Shown here piece by piece: positions 37,592-47,744 of a stretch of DNA of 64,000 nt. Both the position numbers and the translations under genes were made by a program. This DNA is from a virus (lineage: Duplodnaviria > Heunggongvirae > Uroviricota > Caudoviricetes), in the IMG/VR virus record IMGVR_UViG_3300042923_001771, positions 1 to 64,000 of that record. The stretch is one strand, 5' to 3'. Numbering within the stretch: position 1 is the stretch's first letter; each line of letters starts with the position of its first letter. Below the pieces are notes generated by a model. The model saw nothing but the letters and a program-made list of their open reading frames with translations, made no database searches and was not told where the DNA came from.

Positions 37592-37839
37592 TGTTAGACA
37601 TAAAAAAAATGTATTCACACATTAAGTCGATAGGATATTCTCATTCAAAAGATGACCTTGGAACTTATTTTGACATGGATGGCCAAAAACTTAGCATAAT
37701 AAAAACAGGTTTATGGTATACTTGTTACCATAACACAAGAATAGATGGAAATTGGCATTTAACTGCTAAAAGTCAAGTTTTTGATAAATTTGAACAAGCT
37801 TTAGGTTGGATAGTAAAGGAAATAGAAAAAAGCCATTAA
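37591..37839 (+). CDS. hypothetical protein
   Basis: taATG overlap with the nrdB stop. Confidence 0.45.
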   Translation: MLDIKKMYSHIKSIGYSHSKDDLGTYFDMDGQKLSIIKTGLWYTCYHNTRIDGNWHLTAKSQVFDKFEQALGWIVKEIEKSH

Positions 37840-37870
37840 AAAGTTGGTCTTAATTGACCAACTTTTTAAT
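37840..37870. terminator. rho-independent terminator
   Basis: agttggtc-ttaat-tgaccaact with A/T-run flanks. Confidence 0.65.
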
Positions 37871-37933
37871 TTTGTAATGAAATCATCATATAATTTCTTA
37901 TCATGAAAAGGAATATTTGAGAGGAGAATTAAA

Positions 37934-38440
37934 ATGATTAAAGCATTCAAAGCAGATTTAACGCAAGTACCCGATGTAGATTACATTCTCAACGCTGCTA
38001 ATGGTGTAGGCCCGATGGGGAGTGGAATTGCAGGAGCTATTCGCAGAGCGGGTGGAACCGAAATTCAAGAACAAGCTACCATTATGTGTTCCAAGCACGA
38101 TTATCAACCAGGAGATATTTACGTAACATCCGCTGGTAGATTATCATATAGAAAGATAATTCATCTTGTAACAATGAAATATCCAGGTGGGGTAACATCT
38201 TATGAAATTGTTGAAAAGTGTCTTAGAAATTTAGTTATGTATTGTAGAGCAGCATCAATCAAGAAAATCGCTTTACCGGCTCTTGGTACTGGCGTAGGAA
38301 AATTAGATCTTCAAAAGGTAGCTCAATTATTTGTTGAAATTTTAGGACCCGCTCAAGATATAGAATTTTTGGTAGTAGATATTGACCCCGTTTTCATTTA
38401 TCATGTCAATCATCAAATTGATACAGAGGTTAAACAATAA
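37934..38440 (+). CDS. macro-domain protein (ADP-ribose / ADP-ribose-1-prime-prime-phosphate processing)
   Basis: LNAANGVGPMGSGIAGAI and the following G-rich loop are typical of macro domains. Confidence 0.7.
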   Translation: MIKAFKADLTQVPDVDYILNAANGVGPMGSGIAGAIRRAGGTEIQEQATIMCSKHDYQPGDIYVTSAGRLSYRKIIHLVTMKYPGGVTSYEIVEKCLRNLVMYCRAASIKKIALPALGTGVGKLDLQKVAQLFVEILGPAQDIEFLVVDIDPVFIYHVNHQIDTEVKQ

Positions 38441-38461
38441 GATACCGATAGAAGCAATACT

Positions 38462-38496
38462 TAAGATACAACTTAATGTTGTATCTTTTCTTTTTG
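38462..38496 (+). terminator. rho-independent terminator
   Basis: agatacaac-ttaat-gttgtatct followed by a T-run. Confidence 0.65.
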
Positions 38497-38570
38497 CTTA
38501 TTATGTTAAGAATGATTAGACATATTCATATAATGTCTTATATTTTTTATATCCGGAAGGGGTACAACTA

Positions 38571-39476
38571 GTGAGTTATGCTGACGTTATTTACAATGAT
38601 TTAGTAAAAGATATTATTAACAATGGTGTATGGGATAAAGATGAAAAAGTAAGAACTGTGTGGAAAGATGGGAGTCCAGCTTACACAAAGAGCATAATTG
38701 GCGCACAATTTAAATCTGACAATTCTGAGGTAGCAATTTTAACTGGAAAAGAAGTTAAGTGGAAGGCTGCTATTAAAGAAATTTTGTGGATTTGGCAGAA
38801 GAAGAGTAACGTAGTACAAGTTCTTAGAGATATGGGAGTAAAGATATGGAATGAGTGGGAGTTGCCGGATGGTACTATTGGTAAAGCATATGGCTACCAA
38901 ATGGGTAAACCTGCAATTAAAGTTAAGGTTTCTGAAGTATCACCATTAATTGAAGCTGGTTTCTTGAGCGATAATGTTATTCTTATTGATGGAGAGTACG
39001 CATACATTGACCAGATTGATTATTTGTTATATCAACTTAAATACAATCCGACATCAAGACGTCACATTACTACTCTTTGGAGTATTGAAGATTTGAGTGA
39101 GATGAGCTTGACGCCTTGTGTTTGGAAAACACAATGGTTTGTTAAAGAAAATAAACTACATGTTATTGTAGAAGCTCGTTCAAGTGATACTGGTTTAGGA
39201 TTGCCGTTTAATATTTTCCAATATAATGTATTGCAAAGAATATTTGCTCAAATATTGGGTTATGAACTTGGTTCGTTTACATTCAACATTGGTGATGCCC
39301 ATGTTTATGAAAGACATATTGAGCCATTGACTCAACAAATTGAATTACCACAATTCAAAGCTCCAGAATTAAAAATAAACACTGAGGGTAAAAACTTCTA
39401 TGATCTTAGTATAGACGACTTTGAATTAATTGGTTATGAGCATGGGCCGTTTATTAGAATGGAGATTGCAATCTAA
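38571..39476 (+). CDS. thyA: thymidylate synthase
   Basis: SLTPCVWKTQW..SSDTGLGLPFNI..GDAHVY ThyA signatures; GTG start. Confidence 0.85.
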   Translation: MSYADVIYNDLVKDIINNGVWDKDEKVRTVWKDGSPAYTKSIIGAQFKSDNSEVAILTGKEVKWKAAIKEILWIWQKKSNVVQVLRDMGVKIWNEWELPDGTIGKAYGYQMGKPAIKVKVSEVSPLIEAGFLSDNVILIDGEYAYIDQIDYLLYQLKYNPTSRRHITTLWSIEDLSEMSLTPCVWKTQWFVKENKLHVIVEARSSDTGLGLPFNIFQYNVLQRIFAQILGYELGSFTFNIGDAHVYERHIEPLTQQIELPQFKAPELKINTEGKNFYDLSIDDFELIGYEHGPFIRMEIAI

Positions 39477-39952
39477 TGAAAATTCTTATGATTGTAGCTT
39501 GTGATAAAAATGGAGTTATTGGAAAAAATAATCAACTTCCATGGTATTTACCAGAGGACTTGAAGTATTTTAAGAAGAGAACGACTGGTTATCCCGTTAT
39601 CATGGGTAGGAAAACATTTGAATCTATTGGTAAACCACTTCCCAATAGAGAAAATATCATTTTAACGAGAGACACAGATTACACTATTGAAGGTTGCAAA
39701 ATTATTCACTCAACAAATGAACTAATGTTTAGAAGTGATGTAGGTTTTGTAATTGGTGGCGCAGAGGTTTTTAATCAGTTTATGTCAATAGCAGATAAAC
39801 TATTTATTACCAGAATTGACCATGAGTTTGGCGGAGACACTTATTTCCAAGAACTTGGTGATGAATGGAAATTAGTAGAGTCGACACAAGGCATAAAGGA
39901 CGAAAAGAATCCTTACGACTATTTCTTTGAGGTGTATCATCGAAGTAAATAA
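39476..39952 (+). CDS. folA: dihydrofolate reductase
   Basis: IVACDKNGVIGKNNQLPW..VIMGRKTF..GGAEVF; start overlaps the thyA stop. Confidence 0.85.
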   Translation: MKILMIVACDKNGVIGKNNQLPWYLPEDLKYFKKRTTGYPVIMGRKTFESIGKPLPNRENIILTRDTDYTIEGCKIIHSTNELMFRSDVGFVIGGAEVFNQFMSIADKLFITRIDHEFGGDTYFQELGDEWKLVESTQGIKDEKNPYDYFFEVYHRSK

Positions 39953-39964
39953 GGAGTGATACAA

Positions 39965-40276
39965 ATGAAACGTCTTATTAAAAAATCAATGGACTCTAAT
40001 GAGGGTAATCCGGAATATGATTTGAAAGAAGATTACAATGGTGAAGCTACTGAAGTTCCAAGAGAAGATCCATATCTTGGTAGATATGTAGAAATTACTA
40101 ATCGTAGATCAAAATATTATGGTCATCATGCATGGGTCGATGATAAGTTTTTTACAGACAGATACAAGTTATTTATTGAACCATTGAGATATGATGATGT
40201 ACCTGAAGGAAAAGACTACATTATTAATTTTGTAGGCACATATCAAGCACCAAAGTGGTTTAGTGTTATTGAGTAG
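39965..40276 (+). CDS. hypothetical protein
   Basis: ATG 8 nt after aaggag. Confidence 0.5.
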   Translation: MKRLIKKSMDSNEGNPEYDLKEDYNGEATEVPREDPYLGRYVEITNRRSKYYGHHAWVDDKFFTDRYKLFIEPLRYDDVPEGKDYIINFVGTYQAPKWFSVIE

Positions 40277-40301
40277 AGAGAGTTTATACTCTCTCTTTTT
40301 A
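40275..40301 (+). terminator. rho-independent terminator
   Basis: agagagag-tttatact-ctctct followed by a T-run. Confidence 0.6.
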
Positions 40302-40368
40302 ATTTTTACAAATTATCTACATATGATATAGTTATCAAATAATAGAAGAGATATGGAGATGTTCAAAA

Positions 40369-41025
40369 TTGAATATAATTGATGCGAGTAGTTATGGTTT
40401 TGGTGGTACGCAGACAGCAAATTTGGTTTATAATAGTCCGCCACCACCTTTAACGGATGAACAAAAAATAGCAAAAAGTATTAATGACTTGCACGCTCAA
40501 ATTAAAGAAAAAGTAATGTTATTCGAAGGCTTGGTTTTAGAATTGCAACGTAAGACAAGCAAAAAAATTGACTTCAACGAAACGGTTTACAAACAATTAG
40601 AAAGTACTGAAAATTCTTTAAATGAAGTAATTAAAAACGTTAATGAATTAACTGAGCAATTAGATTATGCTAAAGATATTCTTGATGCAATCAAGACCTC
40701 TCAAGAGATTTCAGATGGTTACAAAGAATATGAAGATAAAAAAAAGAGTTCACAACGGTTTGGACACTTAAATATTAATGGTATTATTAACACTCCAAAC
40801 ATTAGTATTGGTGGTCAAACGATAAATACCGTTTATACGAGTCAACCTAAAACTATCACCCAACCGCCCACAACAGTAACGCTTGGTGATGTTTTTGTAG
40901 ATGACGTTACGTATCAAAATAACATGTTCAATCCTTCTAAAACAACTTCAAATACAGAACAGCTTAACAATATTAAGAAATCAGTGGAAAGAGCATTTAC
41001 TATAAATGGAGGAAATAAACTCTAA
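40369..41025 (+). CDS. hypothetical protein
   Basis: 218 aa; start codon uncertain (TTG). Confidence 0.45.
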   Translation: MNIIDASSYGFGGTQTANLVYNSPPPPLTDEQKIAKSINDLHAQIKEKVMLFEGLVLELQRKTSKKIDFNETVYKQLESTENSLNEVIKNVNELTEQLDYAKDILDAIKTSQEISDGYKEYEDKKKSSQRFGHLNINGIINTPNISIGGQTINTVYTSQPKTITQPPTTVTLGDVFVDDVTYQNNMFNPSKTTSNTEQLNNIKKSVERAFTINGGNKL

Positions 41026-41327
41026 TGGAATTTAATTGTGTAGAAACATTAAAACAACTAGTACAAGATATTGAAGGCAAGATGCCAACATCAATCATAG
41101 ATTTATTGGACGAAAAAGTTGAATATTTGATAGATAATGGAATTACTGAAAATATGCACATTGGTAAGACTGATTGGGATTTAATAAGCGCATCTGAATG
41201 GTTGCTTAGCATGTTTATTGGTATTGTAAAAAAAGGTAAAGAAAAAGACGTTTATTTTAATGCATTTGGTAGTTGGTTAACTCACGTTTATCACTTCGTT
41301 ATTGATAATAAAGCGGATTTAAAATAA
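41025..41327 (+). CDS. hypothetical protein
   Basis: taATG coupling. Confidence 0.5.
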   Translation: MEFNCVETLKQLVQDIEGKMPTSIIDLLDEKVEYLIDNGITENMHIGKTDWDLISASEWLLSMFIGIVKKGKEKDVYFNAFGSWLTHVYHFVIDNKADLK

Positions 41328-41350
41328 GAGGGAGAAATCTCTCTTTTTTA
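41327..41350 (+). terminator. rho-independent terminator
   Basis: agagggag-aaat-ctctct followed by a T6 run. Confidence 0.5.
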
Positions 41351-41426
41351 TTTGAAAAAATCACAAATTGGTATTATGCTTTGAGCGTGTTTTTGTATTC
41401 TATAACTACGAAAGGGGGAATGTCGA

Positions 41427-41762
41427 ATGAACAACCATGATAAAGCACTTGTTGGAACAATTGAAGATGTGTTAAAAGACATTTCTAGTGAAAAAGGAAT
41501 TAGATTAGATAAAGACAAGCTTGAGTTTCTTAAAATGATCTCTAAGACGAAGTATTCTGGCTTACCAACCCCTAAATTGGTTTCTACTATGAACGCACTA
41601 AAAGACAAAAATGACGATTGGTTTGGTGAGATTTTAGCTGATGGATTGGCTGAACAACTTAATTACCAAACTCCAACAAGTAAGGTGAGACAAACCTTTA
41701 ATGGTTGGTTCATTACGTCAGAAGGCAGAAAACTTCTTAAGGAGATCATTAATAAAATGTAA
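41427..41762 (+). CDS. hypothetical protein
   Basis: RBS aaagggggaa. Confidence 0.5.
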   Translation: MNNHDKALVGTIEDVLKDISSEKGIRLDKDKLEFLKMISKTKYSGLPTPKLVSTMNALKDKNDDWFGEILADGLAEQLNYQTPTSKVRQTFNGWFITSEGRKLLKEIINKM

Positions 41763-41790
41763 GAGACAGTTAAATACTGTCTCTTTTTTA
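41763..41790 (+). terminator. rho-independent terminator
   Basis: agagacag-ttaaatac-tgtctct followed by a T6 run. Confidence 0.65.
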
Positions 41791-41827
41791 TTTATTATAT
41801 ATTTATTAATCAAGGAGGTATGATAAC

Positions 41828-42376
41828 ATGGCGGTTGAAAAAGGACCAAATAGAAAGATAATTTTATCAGACGTAATTTCCAATGCAACTGTAAACGTGG
41901 CTATGCAAAGAATCCTTGACATCAACGAGTACGATGATGAAAGAAACTCTAAAGAAAAAGATTACAAAGTCAAACCTATTGAGTTGGTCATTAACTCACC
42001 TGGTGGTTCAGTGTACGATGGATTTGGTTTAATATCTGTTATAGAAAACAGCAAAACTCCAATTGATACTTATTGTTTTGGTAGAGCTATGAGTATGGGA
42101 TTTTCAATTTTCTTAGCTGGTGATAGGAGATATTCCGGGAAATATTCAACTTTTATGTATCATGACATTTCTACTTTTACGGGTGGTTCGCTTGAAGATA
42201 TAAAACGTACCGTTAAAGAAATGGAAAGACTTAGTAAGCAATATGATGATTACGTTCTTGCTAGAACAACTCATATTCTAAAGGAAACTTTGGATGGATA
42301 CAAAGTAAGAACAGAAAATTGGTATATTGATCCTGTAGAATCAGTTAAACTTGGAATTGTGCACGAAATTTTATAA
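41828..42376 (+). CDS. ClpP-family serine protease
   Basis: INSPGGSV, GRAMSMG (Ser nucleophile), MYHD (His); 182 aa. Confidence 0.7.
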   Translation: MAVEKGPNRKIILSDVISNATVNVAMQRILDINEYDDERNSKEKDYKVKPIELVINSPGGSVYDGFGLISVIENSKTPIDTYCFGRAMSMGFSIFLAGDRRYSGKYSTFMYHDISTFTGGSLEDIKRTVKEMERLSKQYDDYVLARTTHILKETLDGYKVRTENWYIDPVESVKLGIVHEIL

Positions 42377-42397
42377 AAAGAGGAGATTTTTTAAACA

Positions 42398-42874
42398 ATG
42401 AGACGCTATATGAAAGATCAAGGAACGTATACAGAACTAATGAATCAGCTTAAGGATAAATTTTCCGACAATCTTGGCCATATTTTTATTGATGAGATCT
42501 TAGTTGTTCAAGATACTGAATTTGAAGTTAAACCGCCAAAAGGTCGTAGTGGTGAGGACCCAACCGAAGAGCAAAATGAAAAGTTTGAACAAAAGAAGAA
42601 AAAAGCATGGAAGTTCCAAATGAAAAAACTTCCTGAAATTTTTGCTGATGTATTGGATACTAAAAAAGAATTTATGTTAGTTGTTCGACAAAACTTAGTT
42701 AAAGACCTTTCTGAAGAACAAGTATTAGCTCATCTATATACTGAACTTAGAAAGATTAACACTGAGTATAAGCTAGGTAAACCGGACCTTCACACTTTCT
42801 CTGATTTGGTAAAATTGCTTGGCCGTCCTGATTGGGATCAAGCTTTTGGTATTCCTAATATTCTTGAAGTTTAA
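42398..42874 (+). CDS. hypothetical protein
   Basis: 158 aa; RBS agaggag. Confidence 0.55.
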   Translation: MRRYMKDQGTYTELMNQLKDKFSDNLGHIFIDEILVVQDTEFEVKPPKGRSGEDPTEEQNEKFEQKKKKAWKFQMKKLPEIFADVLDTKKEFMLVVRQNLVKDLSEEQVLAHLYTELRKINTEYKLGKPDLHTFSDLVKLLGRPDWDQAFGIPNILEV

Positions 42875-42937
42875 TTAAAATATCTCCCACTATCAAAAAA
42901 TGGTGGGAGTCTTCTTCTTTAAGGGAGGTTTAGTAAT

Positions 42938-43306
42938 TTGGAACAAGACGTAGAGCTTTTAAGAAGTGAAATTTATCAACTTAGAAACGAAATCTATCAA
43001 CTTAGAACTGAAGTTGGTCAACTAAAGTTAGATTCAGATAGTTTAGAAAATAAAATATCAAATCAACACACCGTTTTGATTCAAGCCATAAATATGCAGA
43101 TAAACTTGTTAAACCAAATGAATCAAACTATTGGTTCATTAAACAGCAAGTTGTCAGATGTTGAAATTAAAACCAACTACACTGATGATGCTATTAAGGA
43201 ATTAGCAGATGCGAATAATGGTATAATTCAAGAACTTCATGAAATGAAAAGTTCAATTGATACTATGAAATTTTACACACTTGGCTACAATCCCAATCAA
43301 GGCTAG
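42938..43306 (+). CDS. coiled-coil protein
   Basis: Heptad repeats SEIYQLRNEIYQLRTEVGQL; TTG after gggagg. Confidence 0.5.
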   Translation: MEQDVELLRSEIYQLRNEIYQLRTEVGQLKLDSDSLENKISNQHTVLIQAINMQINLLNQMNQTIGSLNSKLSDVEIKTNYTDDAIKELADANNGIIQELHEMKSSIDTMKFYTLGYNPNQG

Positions 43307-43401
43307 TTATAAATCATAGATTTAAATGTTATTTAAATAGTGTCACGTCGGCTGGTTTAGTCTATTTAAATCATAACTTCAACTAATGGTGGTGGTTGGA
43401 A

Positions 43402-43647
43402 ATGGGAGCAGAACCCGGGAGAATTGATTATAAGAAGAATGATAGAGTCATTGACTCTGCATGGGATGAATTTTCTGAGTATATTGGAGAAAACAAAATC
43501 AAAACTCCGCTCGCATTAGAAGAATTTGAGCAGATTTTTTCAGAGCTAAATAAGAATGGTGAGTACACAATGTGGAAAGATTTAATTCTACAATCTTTCA
43601 GATACGATTCATATTCTTGGCCGCTCGTTGAAAGAACCCTTAGTTAA
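43402..43647 (+). CDS. hypothetical protein
   Basis: ATG 9 nt after ggtgg. Confidence 0.5.
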   Translation: MGAEPGRIDYKKNDRVIDSAWDEFSEYIGENKIKTPLALEEFEQIFSELNKNGEYTMWKDLILQSFRYDSYSWPLVERTLS

Positions 43648-43667
43648 TTAGGGTTCTTTTTCTTTTA
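43633..43667 (+). terminator. rho-independent terminator
   Basis: gaaccct-loop-agggttc followed by a T-run. Confidence 0.6.
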
Positions 43668-43754
43668 AAACAATTTTCTCTTTTACATAAAATAATACAT
43701 AGATTCAGCATTATTCAATAATAGAATAATTGCACACAAGAGAGGGCTGAGTTT

Positions 43755-44330
43755 ATGTCAGTATACAACGGAAAAGATTTTGGAAGCATTACTATCAATT
43801 GGGGAAGTATGTATTCTGGGAAAACGGAAGAGTTGCTTCGTCAAATCAAAAGAGCAAAAATAGCAGGTAAAAAGTTTCAACTTTTCAAACCATCAAAAGA
43901 CGACAGATATGGAATTGACCAAGTTAAAACTCACTATGGTTTTGGATTAGAAGCTATTGTTGTTAAGAATTCAGAAGATTTACTTGACAAAGTTGATAGT
44001 GATACTCACATCATTGGTATAGACGAAGGTCAATTTTTTGATTCTGGATTAATTGACGTTTGCCAAATACTTAAGAGGCAATATCATGTCGATGTTATCG
44101 TTTCAGGTTTAGATTTAAAGTTTAATTGTGAACCATTTGAAGTAATGATGAATTTAGCTGCACTTTCTGACAAATGTAATAAGTTTAATGCCGTATGCGT
44201 TAAATGTGGAAAAGACGCTTATGTTTCTCACAGACTTACTCAAGATAGTAGTGATATTGTTGTAGGCAGCGAAGGTGTTTATGTTGCTTTATGCGAAAAG
44301 CATCATTTAGAAGAAAAAGCAAACAAATAA
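43755..44330 (+). CDS. tdk: thymidine kinase
   Basis: GSMYSGKTEEL P-loop; C-terminal CxxC Zn ribbon. Confidence 0.85.
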   Translation: MSVYNGKDFGSITINWGSMYSGKTEELLRQIKRAKIAGKKFQLFKPSKDDRYGIDQVKTHYGFGLEAIVVKNSEDLLDKVDSDTHIIGIDEGQFFDSGLIDVCQILKRQYHVDVIVSGLDLKFNCEPFEVMMNLAALSDKCNKFNAVCVKCGKDAYVSHRLTQDSSDIVVGSEGVYVALCEKHHLEEKANK

Positions 44331-44346
44331 GAAAGGGTGTTTTAGA

Positions 44347-44712
44347 ATGATAAGACAAACTCAAAAATTCCAAGTGGGAGATAAAGTCCACTTTATGTTA
44401 GAAGACAAATATGAAATTAAAGGTACTGTTGTTTATACTGGTTTGTATTACAAACAAATTGATCCAAGCACAGATAAACCAATTGCAAAATTTGGTTATT
44501 CGGAAAAAATTCTCAATCGCATGATGGAAAACAGAAATGTTATTTGGCCAAAATTCTTAGATTATAAAGCTTATGTTGACGATGAAGTTTATAAAATTGT
44601 TGGTAATGCTGTTGAAGTAGAATTCGACACTCCACTTTACTACAATGGTGTAGAAATGAATGATTGGACGTTCAAAGAGAGCCACATTCTTAAAAACTTG
44701 ATTGGGGAGTAA
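44347..44712 (+). CDS. hypothetical protein
   Basis: 121 aa ORF. Confidence 0.55.
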   Translation: MIRQTQKFQVGDKVHFMLEDKYEIKGTVVYTGLYYKQIDPSTDKPIAKFGYSEKILNRMMENRNVIWPKFLDYKAYVDDEVYKIVGNAVEVEFDTPLYYNGVEMNDWTFKESHILKNLIGE

Positions 44713-44717
44713 AATTT

Positions 44718-44951
44718 ATGGTTATTGTTACTAAGAGTGATGAACAAATTTTTGTTGAGCTTAATGATTTTCATGGTATGCCAATTGAACAAAGAGGCCC
44801 AAAGCTAACAATAACTGTAGATGGTTATGTTCCATATCCCATGCATACTCTTATTAGATGGATGCATAAAGACGAAGAAAGAGGAATGTATAAGATTTAC
44901 AAATCCATTTGGGAAAATGGAAAAACTAAAATTTACATCAAAGAAGAGTAG
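44718..44951 (+). CDS. hypothetical protein
   Basis: 77 aa ORF. Confidence 0.5.
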   Translation: MVIVTKSDEQIFVELNDFHGMPIEQRGPKLTITVDGYVPYPMHTLIRWMHKDEERGMYKIYKSIWENGKTKIYIKEE

Positions 44952-44973
44952 GGTTGTAGAAAGGGTGAAATTG

Positions 44974-46632
44974 TTGACTAAATATATCTTTGTAACTGGT
45001 GGAAATATTTCTGGATTAGGGAAAGGTGTAGCTTGTGCTAGCATTGGAATGATGCTGAGAGAACATGGGTATAAAATTACCCATAAAAAAGCCGATCCAT
45101 ACTTAAATATCGATCCTGGTACCCAAAACCCATTAGAACATGGTGAATGCTATGTGACTGATGGCGGTCTAGAATGCGATTTGGATTTTGGAACATATTA
45201 TCGTTTTACACAATCGGAATTCGATGAAAACTCAAGCTTTACATCCGGTAGAGTTTATAGAGAAATTATAGAAAATGAAAGAAAAGGTTCTTATCTTGGT
45301 AAGACAGTACAAATTGTTCCTCACGTTACAGATTTGTTGCAAGATAAATTTGAAAACAAAACCGATAGTGATATTTGTATCATTGAAATTGGTGGTACAA
45401 TCGAGGATATTGAAGGTCAACCATTCTTGGAAGCGGCTAGACAGTTTGTTAGAAAGGTCGGAAGAGAAAATGTAGTTTTTGTACATTTGACATACGTGCC
45501 TTTTTTAAAAGCAAGTAAGGAGTTAAAAACGAAGTTAACCCAACAAACTGTTAAGAATTTACGTAGTATGGGTATTAATCCTGATATTTTAATTTGCAGA
45601 ACCGAACAACCTTTAGCGAAAGAAATTAAAGAAAAGATTTCTCGCATGTGCGACGTTGAAGTGGACGCTGTATTTGAGGGTTTGGATGTAGAAACAATTT
45701 ATGATGTGCCAATTAAATTCTTCAACCAAGGTTTGGACAAAATCATTTGTAAAAAACTTCGTATTTATCATGACGATGCAGTAGATTTAAAAGATTGGAA
45801 AAAACTTCTTCAAGGTCTTAAAAAACCTGAAAATGAAGTAACAATTGCAATTGCAGGTAAATATGTAGCTTTAGAAGATGCTTATATGTCTGTAATTGAA
45901 AGTTTAAAGCATGCTGGAGCTTATTGGAATACGAAAGTAAACATTAAATGGGTTGATACTGAACAAGTTGAAAAATACGTTGAGCATCAACAAATTGCGG
46001 TAGAAAAAAAATGGGCATGTGACTTTACACCATATGAACACAGATTCTTTGGAGATGTTGACGGTATTTTAATTCCAGGCGGATTTGGAAATAGAGGGAT
46101 TGAGGGTAAGATACTTAGTGTTAAATATGCTAGAGAGAGTAATATACCATTCCTTGGAATTTGTTTGGGAATGCAGGTTGCGACCATTGAGTATGCTAGA
46201 AATATGGCTGATATCAACGATGCAACATCTCAAGAGTTTAGTGAGAATGGCTCTCATATTATTCATTATCTGCCAAACCAATCTGATGAAACAGATAAAG
46301 GTGGAACAATGAGGCTAGGTTCTTATGATTGTCATGTTAAAACCAATACGTTGGCTCATGATTTATACAAACAAACAAATATTAAAGAAAGACATCGTCA
46401 CAGATATGAGTTTAACAATGATTATAGAGATATTCTTTCTAATGCTGGTTTAAAAATTTCCGGAATAAATACTCAACAAGATTTAGTTGAGATTATTGAA
46501 ATACCAGGTCATCAATTTTTTATAGCTGGACAATTTCATCCAGAATTTAAATCTTCTTTAGTTAATCCACATCCATTATTTATTGGTTTGGTTGACGCAG
46601 CTCGAAAAAACAAATTTGGTAGTTCTAAGTAA
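44974..46632 (+). CDS. pyrG: CTP synthase
   Basis: MTKYIFVTGG..GLGKG N-terminus and GATase domain (GICLGMQ, HRHRYE). The ORF-track start at 44821 is an upstream run-on. Confidence 0.85.
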   Translation: MTKYIFVTGGNISGLGKGVACASIGMMLREHGYKITHKKADPYLNIDPGTQNPLEHGECYVTDGGLECDLDFGTYYRFTQSEFDENSSFTSGRVYREIIENERKGSYLGKTVQIVPHVTDLLQDKFENKTDSDICIIEIGGTIEDIEGQPFLEAARQFVRKVGRENVVFVHLTYVPFLKASKELKTKLTQQTVKNLRSMGINPDILICRTEQPLAKEIKEKISRMCDVEVDAVFEGLDVETIYDVPIKFFNQGLDKIICKKLRIYHDDAVDLKDWKKLLQGLKKPENEVTIAIAGKYVALEDAYMSVIESLKHAGAYWNTKVNIKWVDTEQVEKYVEHQQIAVEKKWACDFTPYEHRFFGDVDGILIPGGFGNRGIEGKILSVKYARESNIPFLGICLGMQVATIEYARNMADINDATSQEFSENGSHIIHYLPNQSDETDKGGTMRLGSYDCHVKTNTLAHDLYKQTNIKERHRHRYEFNNDYRDILSNAGLKISGINTQQDLVEIIEIPGHQFFIAGQFHPEFKSSLVNPHPLFIGLVDAARKNKFGSSK

Positions 46633-46667
46633 GCTTCTTTAAAATTAAAAAAGAGGAGTGAAATACA

Positions 46668-47009
46668 TTGAAAGAAAAGGACGATCAAAAACACGTTGTA
46701 ATGACAGAGCACGGTGAACAAAGGATTAAGGATAGACTTGGTCTTAGTAAAAAGACTGCTGATAAGACAGCTCAAAAAGCTTTAGATTTTGGTGTATCGC
46801 ATTCTGAAACTAAAGGGAGTCTTAAAAAGTTAATTGATGGGCTTTATCTTAGAGAGAAAAAAGCGAATAATATTAAGATCTACAATAGAAATATCTATCT
46901 CTTCAAAGACGTAGTGTTGATTACTGTAATCAATCTACCAAATAGATATTCTGCAGCAGCTGATAAGTTGCAAAAGAATAAAAATAAAGACATGCAAGAA
47001 GTCAATTAA
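46668..47009 (+). CDS. hypothetical protein
   Basis: TTG after agaggag. Confidence 0.5.
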   Translation: MKEKDDQKHVVMTEHGEQRIKDRLGLSKKTADKTAQKALDFGVSHSETKGSLKKLIDGLYLREKKANNIKIYNRNIYLFKDVVLITVINLPNRYSAAADKLQKNKNKDMQEVN

Positions 47010-47039
47010 TTTCTCAAGTAGAAATGAGGACAAAAAATT

Positions 47040-47216
47040 ATGTACGAATGCTATAATGCTGAAAATGGAATCTTGATTGGACATTCATCCGTTAAACCGG
47101 AGAAAGGTGAAGAACATTCATTTGGTGATGATCACTACGTTGCTACATTCAATGTGAAAGACCTTTGTTTCTTTCAACCTAAAATTTCAATTTCGATAAG
47201 AACGAGCAACAAATAA
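47040..47216 (+). CDS. hypothetical small protein (58 aa)
   Basis: Not in the ORF track. ATG after gagga; a terminator follows. Confidence 0.35.
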   Translation: MYECYNAENGILIGHSSVKPEKGEEHSFGDDHYVATFNVKDLCFFQPKISISIRTSNK

Positions 47217-47232
47217 ATCCGTTCCTATTATA

Positions 47233-47264
47233 AAGAGGAGGTTTAAAAACCTTCTCTTTTTTAT
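47233..47264 (+). terminator. rho-independent terminator
   Basis: aagaggagg-tttaaaaa-ccttctctt followed by a T-run. Confidence 0.6.
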
Positions 47265-47329
47265 TTGTGAATTTTCTGGTATATTTGAATATTTTTCAGC
47301 ATAGAATATAACATAGAGGATTATTATTT

Positions 47330-47393
47330 AGTGAATCATGATAACTACAGCGGTAAAAAATGATTGACAATGTGTATTTTATCATGATATAAA
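47330..47393 (+). promoter_or_regulatory. promoter TTGACA-17/18-TGaTATAAA with two ATCATGAT(A) palindromic operator-like boxes
   Basis: Consensus -35 at 47364-47369 and extended -10 at 47385-47393. The palindrome atcatgat occurs at 47335 and again at 47381 overlapping the -10. Confidence 0.45.
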
Positions 47394-47447
47394 ACAGTAA
47401 CCATCAGATTGAAAGATGAATATATTAATATTAGGAGGTTATAAGAT

Positions 47448-47744
47448 ATGCTCTGTAAAGATTGTTTAGAAAAAGCAGCTAGTAAGTTGTTGGCAAATGA
47501 CGTAACTATTCTAGAGTATCTTAACACTCAGAAGGCAACAATTCCACAATGTTCTATATCTAGAGAGGTGATTAGAGATGAGTTAGAAATGACAAATCAC
47601 AAATGTTTTTCGGCTTTAGAAAGATTAGATTGTTTCGGTTTTGTTGAAAAAAGCAGTAGACACAAAGCTAGTAAGTATCATATAACTGAAGGCGGAATTG
47701 TGGTCTTAAGTATTTTTGAAAACAAAATGAAAGAGGTGGTCTAA
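47448..47744 (+). CDS. winged-HTH DNA-binding protein, TubR-like candidate
   Basis: 98 aa directly upstream of and translationally coupled to the tubulin-like gene; HTH-like SISREVIRDELEMTNHKCFSALERL. Confidence 0.45.
   Translation: MLCKDCLEKAASKLLANDVTILEYLNTQKATIPQCSISREVIRDELEMTNHKCFSALERLDCFGFVEKSSRHKASKYHITEGGIVVLSIFENKMKEVV

Noticed and set aside
44821-44973. Upstream extension of the CTP synthase ORF (track start 44821)
   Set aside because: It overlaps the 44718-44951 gene. The canonical PyrG N-terminus MTKYIFVTGG starts at TTG 44974 after an RBS.
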